Part shown: in pieces, positions 11,700 through 23,900 of the stretch
Layout: every line of letters begins with the position of its first letter
Numbering within the stretch: position 1 is the stretch's first letter
Assembly (NCBI RefSeq): GCF_963921235.1
Contig: NC_086108.1
Location: forward strand, 71,674,001 to 71,738,000
Direction: 5' to 3'
Source of the DNA: Mobula hypostoma
Lineage: Eukaryota
DNA: 64,000 nucleotides
Notes under the pieces: model-generated
The model's database searches: none
What the model was told of the DNA's origin: nothing
What the model saw: the letters and a program-made list of their open reading frames with translations, nothing else
Program-made: the position numbers and the translations under genes

Positions 11700-12975
11700 T
11701 CATTGTGTGAGTGTGCCAGTGTTAAGAGTGGGGAGTTCAGGCTTTGGCTCATAGAGGCTTTGGTGAGGAGAGGTGGAGGCCATAGGTAGATCTTTTTCAT
11801 TTATTTTTTCTTTCTTTCTTTATTGCACAGTTAGAGCAGTGGGGGTGTCAGGCAGGAGAGTGGAATGCTTCTCTTGCAAGATGATGGAGACCTCCAATGT
11901 CATTAATGACTGCACCTGCAAGAGTGTGTGTGTGTGTGTGTGTGTGTCTGTCTGTCTGTCTGGGTGTGCGTGTCTGTGTCATTAACAGAGGGGTCTATGG
12001 ACCCCAGATTGGGAACCCCTGTTCTAAAGGGGAGATGAGGCTATCACGGCTGACAAGGGAAGTAAAACACAGCATTAAATCAAGAGAGAGACCATATAAT
12101 ATGGCAAAAATTAGTGGGGCGTTATGTTATTGAATTGGAAGACTGAATTGGTGGCTAAGGAGCCAGGTTTGCAGATGATATGAAGATGGGTGGAGTGGCA
12201 TGTAGTGTTGAGGAAGCAAGAAGTCTGAAGAAGGACTTCTTCAAAGATGTGGCAGATGGAATATAGTGTAGGGAAGTTTATGGTCATAGAAGAAATAAAG
12301 GTGCAGCCTATTTTCAAATCAGGGAGAAAATTAAAAAGAAACCGTTGTACAAAGGGATTTAGAAGTCTTCAAGCAGGATTCCCTAATGGTTAACACTACA
12401 GGTAGAGTTGGTGGAAGAAAAGCAAATGCAATATTAGCATTTATATTGATGGGATTAGAATATAAAAGCAAGGATGTAATGTTGAGGCTTTATAAGGCAT
12501 TGTGAGCAGTTTTCAGCCCCTTTTCTAAGAAGAAGTGTGGTGGCATTGAAGGGAGTACAGAGGAAATTCATGAGAATGATTCTGGGAATGAAAGAGTTAA
12601 TGTATGAGGGGTGTTTGATGGCTCTGGGCTTGTACTTGCCATCAAATATTGAATGGCTTAGATAGAGTGGATGTGGAGAGGATGTTTCCTATTGTGGGGG
12701 GAGTCTAGGACCAGAGAGCACAGCCTCAGTATAGAGGGATGTCCATTTAGAAAAGAGATAAGGAATTTCTTTACCAGAGGATAGTGAATTTGTGGAATTC
12801 ATTGCCACAGATGACAGTGGAGGCTAAGTCATTGGGCATTTTTAAAGTGGAAGTGGATTGGTTCTTGATTAGTGATGGTGTCAAAGGTTACGGGAAGAAG
12901 GCAAGAATGACGTTGAGGGGGATAACATCAGCCATGTTGGAATGGCGGAGCAGATTTGAAGGACTGAATGGCCTT
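11700..12975 (+). mobile_element. Internally deleted, degraded CR1 LINE (5' leader/ORF1 start and 3' end) interrupted by a GT microsatellite
   Basis: AVGVSGRRVECFSCKMM (ORF1 zinc-finger start) and NLWNSLPQMTVEAKSLGIFKVEVD (CR1 C-terminus). Confidence 0.75.
11924..11980. repeat. (GT)n/(GTCT)n compound microsatellite
   Basis: Seen directly in the sequence. Confidence 0.9.
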
Positions 12976-13294
12976 ATGGTAACAGCTACTTCCCTCAGGT
13001 TCTGAGACTAATGAATACCCTACAACAACTGAGGTCTTGTCACTAGGACTGCGAGCTGTTCACTCGTGCAGCATACTACATTCACTTTGAATTATATTTC
13101 ATTAACTTAATATTTTATTTAATGTGTTGTGTGTAATATGTTTTGTGGGTGCACCAAGGTGCAGAGGAATGTTGTTTCTTATGTTCATATGTATGTAGTC
13201 AGTTGACAATAAACTTGAACTTGAAATTATTGTTCCAGGATCCGGAATATTATTCCTTTTGTGCTGGGTATCGCTTCAGCCACAAATAGATATT

Positions 13295-13780
13295 CAGAAT
13301 CAGAAACAGGTTTATTAAAATTGGCATGTGTTGTGAAATTTGTTGATTTGTGACAGCAGTACAGTGGAAGAAAAATGTTATTCTAAGTTACAATAAAAAT
13401 AAATAGTGCAAAAAAAAAAGGATAACAAGATAGGATTCATGGATCATTCAGAAGTCTGATGGCGGGGGGAGAAACTGTTCCTAAATCACCTTTGGTGAGT
13501 CTTCTGGCTTCAGTTACTCCTCCCTGATGGTAGTTATGAGAAGACGGCATGTCCCAAGTGGTGAGGGTCCTTAATAATGGTTGCTGCCTTCCTGAGACAT
13601 TGCCTTTGAAGATATCCTCATTGGTGGGGAGGGTTGTGTCTGTGATCGAGCTGGATGAGTGTCCAACCCACTGCAGCCACTTCCAGTCTTGCGCATTGGA
13701 GCTTCCTTACTTGGCGGTGATTAACCAGTCAGAATACTCTCCACGTTTCATTATGTATACTCTGTATGCATTTGCTGGAG
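13295..13780 (-). mobile_element. Rex1/Babar 3' fragment
   Basis: Starts with the reverse tail CAGAATCAGAAACAGGTTTATT; body resembles 17576-18100. Confidence 0.7.
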
Positions 13781-15480
13781 TCTTTAGTTGTGCCAACCAG
13801 CTGGTGGGAATATTCAAGGACATGGTTCAATTTCTCACTGCTGCGATAGAAGGTTCCCACCATCTTCGATCATGCCAGTGCCCAAGAGGAGCAGGGTGAG
13901 CTATTCAATGACTATCTACCGGTGGCACTTGCATCTACTGACCTGAAATGCTTTGGAAGATTGGTCATGGCTCGAATTAAACTCCTGCCTAAGCAAGGAC
14001 CTGGACCTGCAATTTACCTATTGCCCTAATAGGTTCATAGTGGATGTAAGTTTTAGTGCATGGCCAAGTGGTTAAGGCGTTCGTCTAGTGATTTGAAGGT
14101 CACTAGTGCGAGCCTTGGCTGAGGCAGCGTGTCTGCCCTTGAGCAAGGCACTTAACCACACATTGCTCTGCGACGACACCGGTGCCAAGTTGTATGGGTC
14201 CTGATGCCCTTCCCTTGGACAACATTGGTGGCATGGAGAGGGGAGACTTACAGCATGGGCAATTGCTGGTCTTCCATACAGGCCTGCGACCTGGAAACCT
14301 TCCAGTGTGCAAATCCATGGTCTCATGAGACTAATGGTTGCCTATAAGTGGATGCAATCTCACTGGCTCTCCATTAGATCACCTGGACAATAAGTAATAC
14401 CTATGTCTGGCTGCTGTTTATTGATTACAGCTCAGTGTTCAACACAATCATACCCTCGGCTCTAATCAACAAGCTCCAAAATCTGAGCCCCTGTACCTGC
14501 CTCTACAACTGGATCCTTGACTTCCTCACCAGGAAACCACAATCTATGCGGATTAGAAAGAACATCTCCTCGCTGACAGTCTACAGGGGCACATCTCAAA
14601 GATGCGTGCTTAGCCCACTGCTGTTCTCTTTCTGCACACACAGCTTTGAGGTTAGGCACAGCTCAACCACCATCTGTACATTTGCTGACAACACAAATAT
14701 GGTTGGCAGAATTTCACATGGTGACCAGGAGGCATACTGGTGTGAGATAGATCAGCTGGTTGAGTGGTGTTGCAACAAAGGCTTTGCTCTCAAGGAATTG
14801 ATTGTGGACTTCAGGAAGTTGAAGGAACACACCTCAGTCATCATTGAAGGATCAGCAGTGGAAAGGGTGAGCAGTGTAAAGTTCCTGGGTGTCATCTTTG
14901 CTGAAGATCTATCCAGGGCCCAACAATTACAGAGAATGCTTGATGCAATTACAAGGCGGCATGAAAGGATCTATATTTCATTAAAAAGTTGAGGAGGCTT
15001 GGTATGTCACCAAAGACACTTGCAAATTTCTACAGATGTGCCATGGAGAGCATTCTAGTTGGTTGCATCTCCATCTGTTATTGAGGTACCACTGCAATGG
15101 AGCAGAAACAGCTGCAGAAATTTGAAAACTCAGCCAGCTCTATCATCGGCACTAGCTTCCCTAGTATTGAGGAAGCCTTCAAAAGGCAATGCCTCAAAAA
15201 GGTGACATTCATCATTAAGGACTCCCACCACCTTATTGCTTTCATCAATAAGGAGGTATAGGACTGCCTGAAGACACTCATTCAGCACTTCAGGAACCGT
15301 TAATTCCCCTCTTCCATCAGATTTTTGAATGGACAATCAATCCATGAAAACTACCTTATTTTATTTATATTTATTATAATGTATAGTTTTTTTTGTTACT
15401 GTGTTTTGCACTGTACTGATGTCGCAAAACAACAAATTTCATGGGATATGCCAGTGGTATAAACTTGATTCTGATTCATA
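13780..15480 (+). mobile_element. Rex1/Babar LINE RT fragment interrupted by a CORE-SINE
   Basis: FNTIIPSALINKL...SQRCVLSPLLFS...FADNT; TTCTGATTC tail at ~15470. Confidence 0.85.
14050..14346 (+). mobile_element. tRNA-derived CORE-type SINE
   Basis: A box TGGCCAAGTGG, B-box-like AGTGCGAGCC, CORE-like CCTTGAGCAAGGCACTTAACC; TSD AGTGGATG(T/C)AA at 14039-14049 and 14347-14357. Confidence 0.85.
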
Positions 15481-16514
15481 TGAAGTATCGCCATTGGTGT
15501 GCCTTCTTTGTGATTGCATCAATATGTCGGGCACAGGAGAGAGTCTGTGAGATATCAATGACCAGAAACTTGAAGCTGCTCATCTTTTCCACTACTGACT
15601 CCTCAATGGGTTATGTTCTCCAAACCTCCCCCTGCTAAAGTCCCATTGACTTTAGGTTTACCAGATTTCCATTATGCTGCACATGCAACCTTGAATTCAG
15701 CTGTTCTGATTCACATTTGGACTAATTTTCAGTTTTCTGGTGGAGCCAGATCATGTAAAATTGGTTGATAAATGATACTTGATAGAAGTGTCAATGGTCA
15801 TTAAATGGATAGATAGTATGGTATTTAGGTATACTTGAAAAGAGAAAAGTGAATGCTGGAAATTTGTAATAAAAGCAGAGAATATGGTAGTGGATGTGCT
15901 GGTACTGCTGATTATTTTAGCTGTATTGGATTTGTGGACAACACATACCAGGACCAGTATTCATATTCAGCATGGTAGTTTGGGTAGAGGAATGACAAGT
16001 CTTAGACCAGCATGGCCGAGGGTTCTTATTTTCCATAACTTTCAAGTAATTTTGATGTCATTTGAGTCATGTATAGTGGATCAGATTAGCATCTGTTATG
16101 GAGAGGATCATAGAAGTGGGGGGGACAGATTGTGTACTTGGGTTTTTGATTCAAAATGATGGTTGCTACCACTTTAGCTATGTTTCGTGTGTTCAGCTGC
16201 TCTACTTGTATTAGGAAATCACTGCCTCTTTATTACACATCTTTTCCATTGAAGTGTTTGTTCTAAATGACAATATTAAATTAAAATTTGTGATAATTTA
16301 ACTGTGTTTGTAAAGGTAAATGGAGAAAGTTACCTTCTGTTTTAAAGCATTTTGATACATGTATGTTCTTACTGCATGGTTGATTTTCTTTCTGCTCTAC
16401 AGATTATCTGTGAATGATGCTGTTATCAGATCAGCATTGCTTGTTGATTACTTGCTGTTCTCCATGGTTGAGAATGAGTGATACTTTGTTAATGACTTTG
16501 TGTGTAAACCTTAG

Positions 16515-16643
16515 GGCTATGAGCACACAGCAGAGGACATTGCTTTACTCTATCGAGTGGAGAGTATGCCAGGGCTTGGATGGGTTCTAAAGAAGAGCCT
16601 TTATAAAGATGAGCTGGAGCCAAAGTGGCCAACACCAGAAAAG
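16515..16643 (+). CDS. POMGNT1: POMGNT1 exon (129 nt): [43 protein letters not shown]
   Basis: ccttag| and |gtaagg; PGLGW motif. Confidence 0.98.
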
Positions 16644-17169
16644 GTAAGGTTGTTTTAATTCCTAGTCCATTGATTCAATGTTTTTTCCTATGTGTTATTC
16701 TAACAGCTGTTTTCATTTTTCCATAATGATCACTTTGAGTGTATCAGTGTGACAATATTTTGTACTTTCCCCTCTCTCTTTTCACATTTTTTTCTTGCCA
16801 GGAATTGTAGAAGAAGTATCTTAAATACGTATGCTATCTTTCCTTTTGGATTTTTATGCATTAGTGGAACTGTACAGTAATTATTTACAGACAAATTATT
16901 TTAATTTGTTATGGGGATGAGAGAGATGAAGTCCAGGAAAAAAAATGCAGAAATACCATGTCCAACTTTCTCTTTCTCCTTTCAATTCCTTTTGCCTTTG
17001 CAGTAAGGCATCTCTTCCGAGAATGATCCTTTAAATGGATTTTTTGTCTTCAGTGGTCAATGTACTTGAGTTTAGACTATCAGACAACTATTTTCTCTCT
17101 TACCTGCGGCCAGATCATTTGCTTTGTACAGCTAAGGAAAAATTAAAAGAAACCATAGTAATTTAGTGG

Positions 17170-19240
17170 GGTGAATATCAGACACCACATAATGTATGTA
17201 CGGAACAAGGCGGTGTTCCTCGAGGGGAAGGGGAGGCGGAGTGTTGCTCTCAGGTTGCTGGCAGCCATCGTAAAGCACCAGCATATGATGATCACAGAGA
17301 GAGCTGGAGACAGCAAGTCTCAAGAATAAGGTGGTTGTGCTGCACCAGCATTGTACCACCATGGGGGAAGCTCCTCGTTCAGCACTGACCCAGGTCAAAG
17401 TGCTAGAGGGCTACGAAGATAGCCTGTCAGCTAGTGAAGGTGGAGCAATTGGAGGCTGCCCGACGGGCTAACTGGCAAACGGATTCTATTAAGGTTTGAG
17501 CCTTGTTGCTGCAGGGAGATGATCCAAACATGCTGATTGGGGATTGGGATATCTGGCTAGATGGTGAGGATGGAGGAATCAGAATCAGCTTTATTATCAC
17601 CGGCATGTGACGTGAAATTTGTTAACTTAGCAGCAGCAGTTCAATGCAATACATAATCTAGCAGAGACAAAATAATAATAATAAGCAAGTAAATCAATTA
17701 TGTATATTGAATAGATTTTAAAAAGTCCAAAAACGGAAATACTGTATATTTTTAAAAAAAAAGTGAGGTAGTGTCCAAAGATTCAATGTCCATTTAGGAA
17801 TTGGATGACAGAGGGGAAGAAGCTGTTCCTGAATAACTGAGTATGTACCTTCAGGCTTCTGTACCTCCTACCTGATGGTAACAATGAGAAAAGGCCATGC
17901 TCTGGGTACTGTAGGTCCTTAATAATGGATGCTGCCTTTCTGAGACACCGCTCCCTGAAGATGTCCTGGGTACTTTGTAGGCTCGTACCCAAGATGGAGC
18001 TGACTAGGTTTACAACCTTCTGCAGCTTCTTTTGGTCCTGTGCAGTAGCCCCTCCAAACAGACAGTGATGCAGCCTGTCAGTATGCTCTCCACGGTACAA
18101 CTATAGAGATTTTTGATGAGTATTTGTTGATATGCCAAGTCTCTTCAAACTCCTAATGAAGTATAGCCACTGTCTTGCCTTCTTTATAACTCCATCAATA
18201 TGTTGGGACCAGGTTAGATCCTCAGAGGTCTTGACACCCAGGAGCTGCTCACTCTCTCCACTTCTGATCCCTGTGAGGATTGGTATGTGTTCCTTCTTCA
18301 TACCCTTCCTGAAGTCCACAATCAGCTCTTTTGTCTTACTGACGTTGAGTGCCAGGTTGTTGTTGTGGCACCACTCCGCTAGTTGGCATATCTCACTCCT
18401 GTGTGCCCTCTCGTCACCACCTGAGATTCTACCAACAATAGTTGTATCGTCAGCAAAGTTATAGATGGTATTTGAGCTGTGCCTAGCCACACAGTTGTGT
18501 GTATACAGAGGGTAGAGCAGTGGGCTAAGCACACTCCCCTGAGGTGCGCCAATGTTGATCGTCAGCGTGGAGGATATGTTATCACCAATCTGCACAGATT
18601 GTTGTCTTCCAGTTAGGAAATCGAGGATCTAATTGCAGAGAGAGGTACAGAGGCCCAGGTTCTGCAACTTCTCAAACAGAGCAGAGGTTGTATGATTCTC
18701 TCTCTACAGCTCAGATCTATGACCACATGATCCCATACCCAGCACAGGGTCCCTGGGAAATGTCAGAGGAATACTACAGTAGGCCCTTCCAAGGCGACAG
18801 AGATCAGGGGGTTCTCCCCTAAGGAACTAGAGGGGTTGGCGGATAGGTACAAGCAGAAGCTGGGAAGGCCTCTGGCTACGTGTTTGTTGAGGATATGGAT
18901 GATAGGGGTACTGGAGTGAGTCTATCTAATAGAAAGAAGGGCGCCTTAGGGGGTCTGTTGTTCCAACATGTGATCAACAACACCCACAGAATGCTGCTCG
19001 CTCCCTGTAAGTGTAAATAAATCCTTATGGGATTGGGTGGCAGTGTCGGTCAAGGTCAGATACCCTTCCCACCTTGAGTAGGATTTAAAGCCTTTGGCAG
19101 AGTGAAACACAGAAGAGAAAGGGACCAGGGCTCTTTGCCAGTGGTTTTGTGCTTTCTATGTAGTTTAGTGGGGTGCTTGTGGGGGTTATAGTGGCCTGTG
19201 GGCTGACTAGTCATGGTGTTGTATCTTTTGAGGGGTGAAA
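17170..19240 (+). mobile_element. Degraded endogenous retrovirus internal region with ERV-L/Fv1-like gag, split by a Rex1 insertion
   Basis: IKV*ALLLQGDDPNMLIGDWDIWLD (from 17488), EIRGFSPKELEGLADRYKQKLGRPLATCLLRIW (from 18800), SLWDWVAVSVKVRYP and E*NTEEKGTRAL, in the same order as ERV-L gag motifs. PPT GAGGGGTGAAA at 19230-19240. Confidence 0.75.
17576..18676 (-). mobile_element. 5'-truncated Rex1/Babar LINE
   Basis: GAPQGSVLSPLLYPLYTHNCVA...FADDTTIVG; reverse (TTCTGA)n tail at 17576. Confidence 0.92.
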
Positions 19241-19754
19241 TGTAATGTAAAGGATAAACTTGCCTACTGATGGAAGGCTGCTTCCACGGTGCCGGTCGCT
19301 GATTGGCCCATTTGAAAGATGTGGGAGCTCTCTCCCATTAACTGGCTTTCACACTATAGCACCAACTTCTGGTTTCGGGCACCCCAGCAGTATAAGAATA
19401 GTGCGTGCCAGACATTCTGACTCTTGGCTAGGGTCTGGCTCCCTTCAGACTGGGTCGCGACCAGGGCTGATGAGCCACTGGGAAAGTGCTGCAGATATAA
19501 GGGCCCCAGAACAGAGACAGACAGTTAGTTATAGTGTTATAGTTGTGAAACTTGAGGGGCTTAACAAAGTTCCTGTTTGAGTTAGAAATGTTATTGACTG
19601 TTTAGTGTTGCAGTTTTGTTATAAGTACTTGTTTGACTTAGATGTTTGGTTGAGTGTTTCACTGTTGGTTTGTAAATAAATAGTTATCGTACTTACTCAC
19701 AATCAGTATCTTCTATTCCATTGACCGAATCCGCAAATCTGCTTCTGCGAAACA
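19241..19754 (+). mobile_element. Putative 3' LTR of the ERV
   Basis: Starts TGT directly after the PPT; TATAAG at 19391, AATAAA at 19675-19680; ends ...GAAACA. The 3' boundary is inferred. Confidence 0.6.
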
Positions 19755-20480
19755 AAGTCTTAGTTTTTAAAATGAGTGAGATCCATGTTCATTCTCATAG
19801 ATGGCAAATTTTTAATAGAAACATGAATATTTATGAAATTCTAATAACATACAGTAATCATACATCAGATAAATGTCAAGAACAGGGGCTAACTTGTCAA
19901 GTCTGTGCTATGGGGAATTGCCGTGTATACCTGCTTGAACCAGAATGTTTGTGACATTGACATCTTGCCAAGTGTGGATGAATATACCGACAATTGTTGC
20001 CCAAATCAAAGACACTGCAAATTATTAACACAGTAAGTGCCACTGATGTTATCTGGGAAGTTTAAAAAAATCGATGGACAGCAACTCATTTACTTCCAAG
20101 TGGTTTTATCAACACTTTGTTTTGATAAGAGATGTCAGCACAATTGCTTTGAGTTAAACGCTTTTTTTTACATATTTAAACACTCCATTTGAAGAAATAT
20201 TTTAAAAAATGTCTTCATACTATCATGCATTGCACAGTAATTCTATGAGATAAGAATTTATTTTCTATTTACCAAAGCAAATTTAAGAGTTTATCATGGT
20301 CATGGTGAATACACCCTTAATGTGCATAGTATACAAACTTGGCATTGAACCAGGATCAGGAGCATCATGCAGGCTGAGTGTATTGTTTTGGACAAGAGAA
20401 GTAAATAAAAATGCAGCTATATACCCTCATATTTACTTTAAAGAAGATTATTTGGGTTTTAACTTCTGACTTCTTCACAG

Positions 20481-20606
20481 CTCTGGGACTGGGACATGTG
20501 GGTGAGAATGCCTGAGCAAAGGAAAGGTCGGGAGTGTATTATCCCAGATGTATCCAGATCGTACCATTTTGGCATCGTTGGACTCAATATGAATGGGTAT
20601 TTTCAT
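20481..20606 (+). CDS. POMGNT1: POMGNT1 exon (126 nt): [42 protein letters not shown]
   Basis: ttcacag| and |gtaagt; contains the catalytic WDWDMW region. Confidence 0.98.
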
Positions 20607-20865
20607 GTAAGTATTAGGTGGTTGTATTAATATAAAGCTGCTCTGATGGGATGATTTAGGGTTGATCAAACCAATTTAGTTTCAGTGATAAACAGCTGAT
20701 GTGTGCTGTGACCTTTCTGGTTGGCTTTTGTATAGTCAGCAGTACTGTCAATAGCTGAATAATTAGTGATTAGGGCTTAATTTTAATCTGCTTTAATTTG
20801 AGTTGTAATGTTTTGTCGTTCTGAAATAACACATTTTATGTAATTCACTTTTTTTCCTTTTGTAG

Positions 20866-20930
20866 GAAGCTTATTTCAAGAAACACAAGCTCAACACTGT
20901 TCCAAATGTGCAGCTCAAAAACGTAGATAG
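20866..20930 (+). CDS. POMGNT1: POMGNT1 exon (65 nt): [22 protein letters not shown]
   Basis: ttgtag| and |gtatct; peptide match. Confidence 0.96.
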
Positions 20931-20984
20931 GTATCTTGTACTTTTATCCATCTGTGGCTCTTTCGACATCTCATTCTGTCCCAA

Positions 20985-23900
20985 ATAGAAACATAGGAAA
21001 CCTACAGGCCCTTCAGCCCACAAAGTTGTGCCGAACATGGCCCTACCTTAGAAATTACTAGGCTTACCTTTAGCCCTCTATTTTTCTAAGCTCCATGTAC
21101 CTATCTAATTGTCTCTTAAAAGACCCTATTGTATCCACCTCTACCACCGTTGCTGGCAGCCCATTCCACGCACTCACCACCTTCTGAGTGAAAAAACTTA
21201 GCCTTGACATCTCCTCTGTACCTACTCCCCATCACCATAAACCTGTGTCCTCTTGTGGCAACCTTTTCAGCCCTGGGAAAAAGCCTATGACTATCCACAC
21301 GATCAATGCCTCTCATCATCTTATACACCTCTATCAGGTCACCTCTCATCCTCCGTCGCTCCAAGGAGAAAAATCCGAGTTCACTCAACCTATTCTTATA
21401 AGGCATGCTCCCCAATCCAGACAACATCCTTGTAATTCTCCTCTGCACCCTTTCTATGGCTTCCACATCCTTCCTGTAGTGAGGCGACCAGAACTGAGCA
21501 CAGTACTCCAAGTGGGGTCTGACCAGGGTCCTATATAGCTGCAACATTACCTCTCGGCTCCTAAATTCAATTCCACAATTGATGAAGGCCAATACACTGT
21601 ACGCCGCCTTAACCATAGAGTCAACCTGCGCAGCTGTTTTGAGCGTCCTATGGACTCGGATCCCAAGGGCCCTCTGATCCTCCACACTTCCAAGAGTCTT
21701 ACCATTAATACTATATTCTGCCATCATATTTGACCTACCAAAATGAACCACTTCACACTTATCTGGGTTGAACTCCATCTGCCACTTCTCAGCCTAATTT
21801 TGCATCCTATCAATGTCCCGCTGTAACTTCTGACAGCCTTCCACACTATCCACAACACCTCCAACCTTTGTGTCATCAGCAAACTTACTAACCCATCCCT
21901 CCACTTCCTCATCCAGGTCATTTACAAAAATCACGAAGAGTAAGGGTCCCAGAACAGGTCCCTGAGGCACCTCACTGGTGACTGACCTCCATGCAGAATA
22001 TGACCTGCCTGCAACCGCCCTTTGCCTTCTGTGGGCAAGCCAGTTCTGGATCCACAAAGCAATGTCCCCTTGGATCCCATGCCTCCTTACTTTCTCAATA
22101 AGCCTTGCATGGGGTACCTTATCAAATGCCTTGCTGAAATCCATATACACTATATCTACTGCTCTTCCTTCATCAATGTGTTTATTCACATCCTCAAAAA
22201 ATTCAGTCATGCTCGTAAGGCACGACCTGCCCTTGACAAGGCCATGCTGACTACTCATAATCATATTATACCTCTCCAAATGTTCGTAAATTCTGCCTCT
22301 CAGGATCTTCTCCATCAGTTTACCAGCCACTGAGGTAAGACTCACTGGTCTATAATTCCCTGGGCTATATCTACCCCTTTTCTGAAATAAAGGAACAACA
22401 TTCGCAACCCTCCAATCCTCTGGAACCTCTCCCATCCCCATTGATGATGCAAGGATCATCGCCAGAGGCTCAGCAACCTCTTACCTCGCCTCCCACAGTA
22501 TCCTGGGGTACGTCTCATCTGGTCCCGGCGACTTACTCAATTTGATGCTTTCCAAAAGCTCCAGCACATCCTCTTTCTTAGTATCTACATGCTCAAGCTT
22601 TTCAGTCTGCTGCAAGTCATCACTACAATCACCAAGATCCTTTTCCATAGTGAATACTGAAGTAAAGTATTCATTGTGCTATTTCCTCTGGTTCCATACA
22701 CACTTTCTCACTGTCACACTTGATAGGTCCTATTCTTCCACATTTTATCCTCTTGCCCTTCACATACTTGTAGAATGTCTTGGGGTTTTCCTTAATCCTG
22801 CCCGCCAAGGCCTTCTCATGGCCCCTTCTGGCTCTCCTAATTTCCTTCTTAAGCTCCTTCCTGCTAGCCTTGTAATCTCTAACATTACCTAGCTCTCTGA
22901 ACCTTTTGTAAGCTTTTCTTCTTGACTAGGTTTATTACAGCCTTTGTACACCACAGTTCCTGTACCCTACCATAACGCCCCTGTCTCATTGGAACGTACC
23001 TATGCAGAACTCCACACAAATATCCCCTGAATATTTGCCACATTTCTTCCATACTTTTCCCTGAGAACATCTGTTTCCAATCTAAGCCTCTAATTTCCTG
23101 CCTGATAGCCTCATAATTCCCCTTACTTCAATTAAATCCTCTTCTAACTTGTCTGTTCCTATCTCTCTCCAATGCTATTGTAAAGGAGACAGAATTATCT
23201 CCAAATGCTCTCCCACTGAGAGATCTGACACCTGACCAGGGTCATTTCCCAATACCAAATCAAATATAGCCTCTCTTCTTGTAGGCTTATCTACATATTG
23301 TGTCAAGAAACCTTCCTGAACACACCTAATAAAGTCCACCCCATTTAAACCTCTCACTCTAGGGAGATGGCAAATGATATTTGGGAAATTAAAATCTCCC
23401 ATCATGACAACTCTGTTATTATTACACCTTTTCCAGGATCTGTTTCCCTATCTGCTCCTCAATATCCCTGTTACTATTGGGCGGCCTATAAAAATCACCC
23501 AGTAAAGTCATTGACTCCTTCCTGTTCCTAACCTCCACCCACAGAGACTCCATAGACAATCCCTCAATGGCGTCCACCTTTTCTGCAGCCGTGACACTAT
23601 CTCTGATCAACAGTGCCACGCCCCCACCTCTTTTGCCTCCCTCCCTGTCCTTTCTGAAACATCTAAAACCCAGCACTGGAAGTAACCATTCCTGTCCCTG
23701 AGCCATCCAAGTCTCTGTAATGACCACCACATCATATCTCCAAGTACTGATCCACGCTCTAAGCTCATCTGCTTTGTTCACAACACTCCTTGGCGTTAAA
23801 ATAGAAACATCTCAAACTTTCGGTCTGAGCGCATCCCTTCTCTATCACCTGCCTATCCTCCCCCTTGCATTGTCTACAAGCTTTCTCTATCTGTGAGCCA

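Noticed and set aside
14056..14125. tRNA gene
   Set aside because: It is a SINE head: it continues into a CORE segment and tail, has a TSD, and has no T-run terminator or clean cloverleaf.
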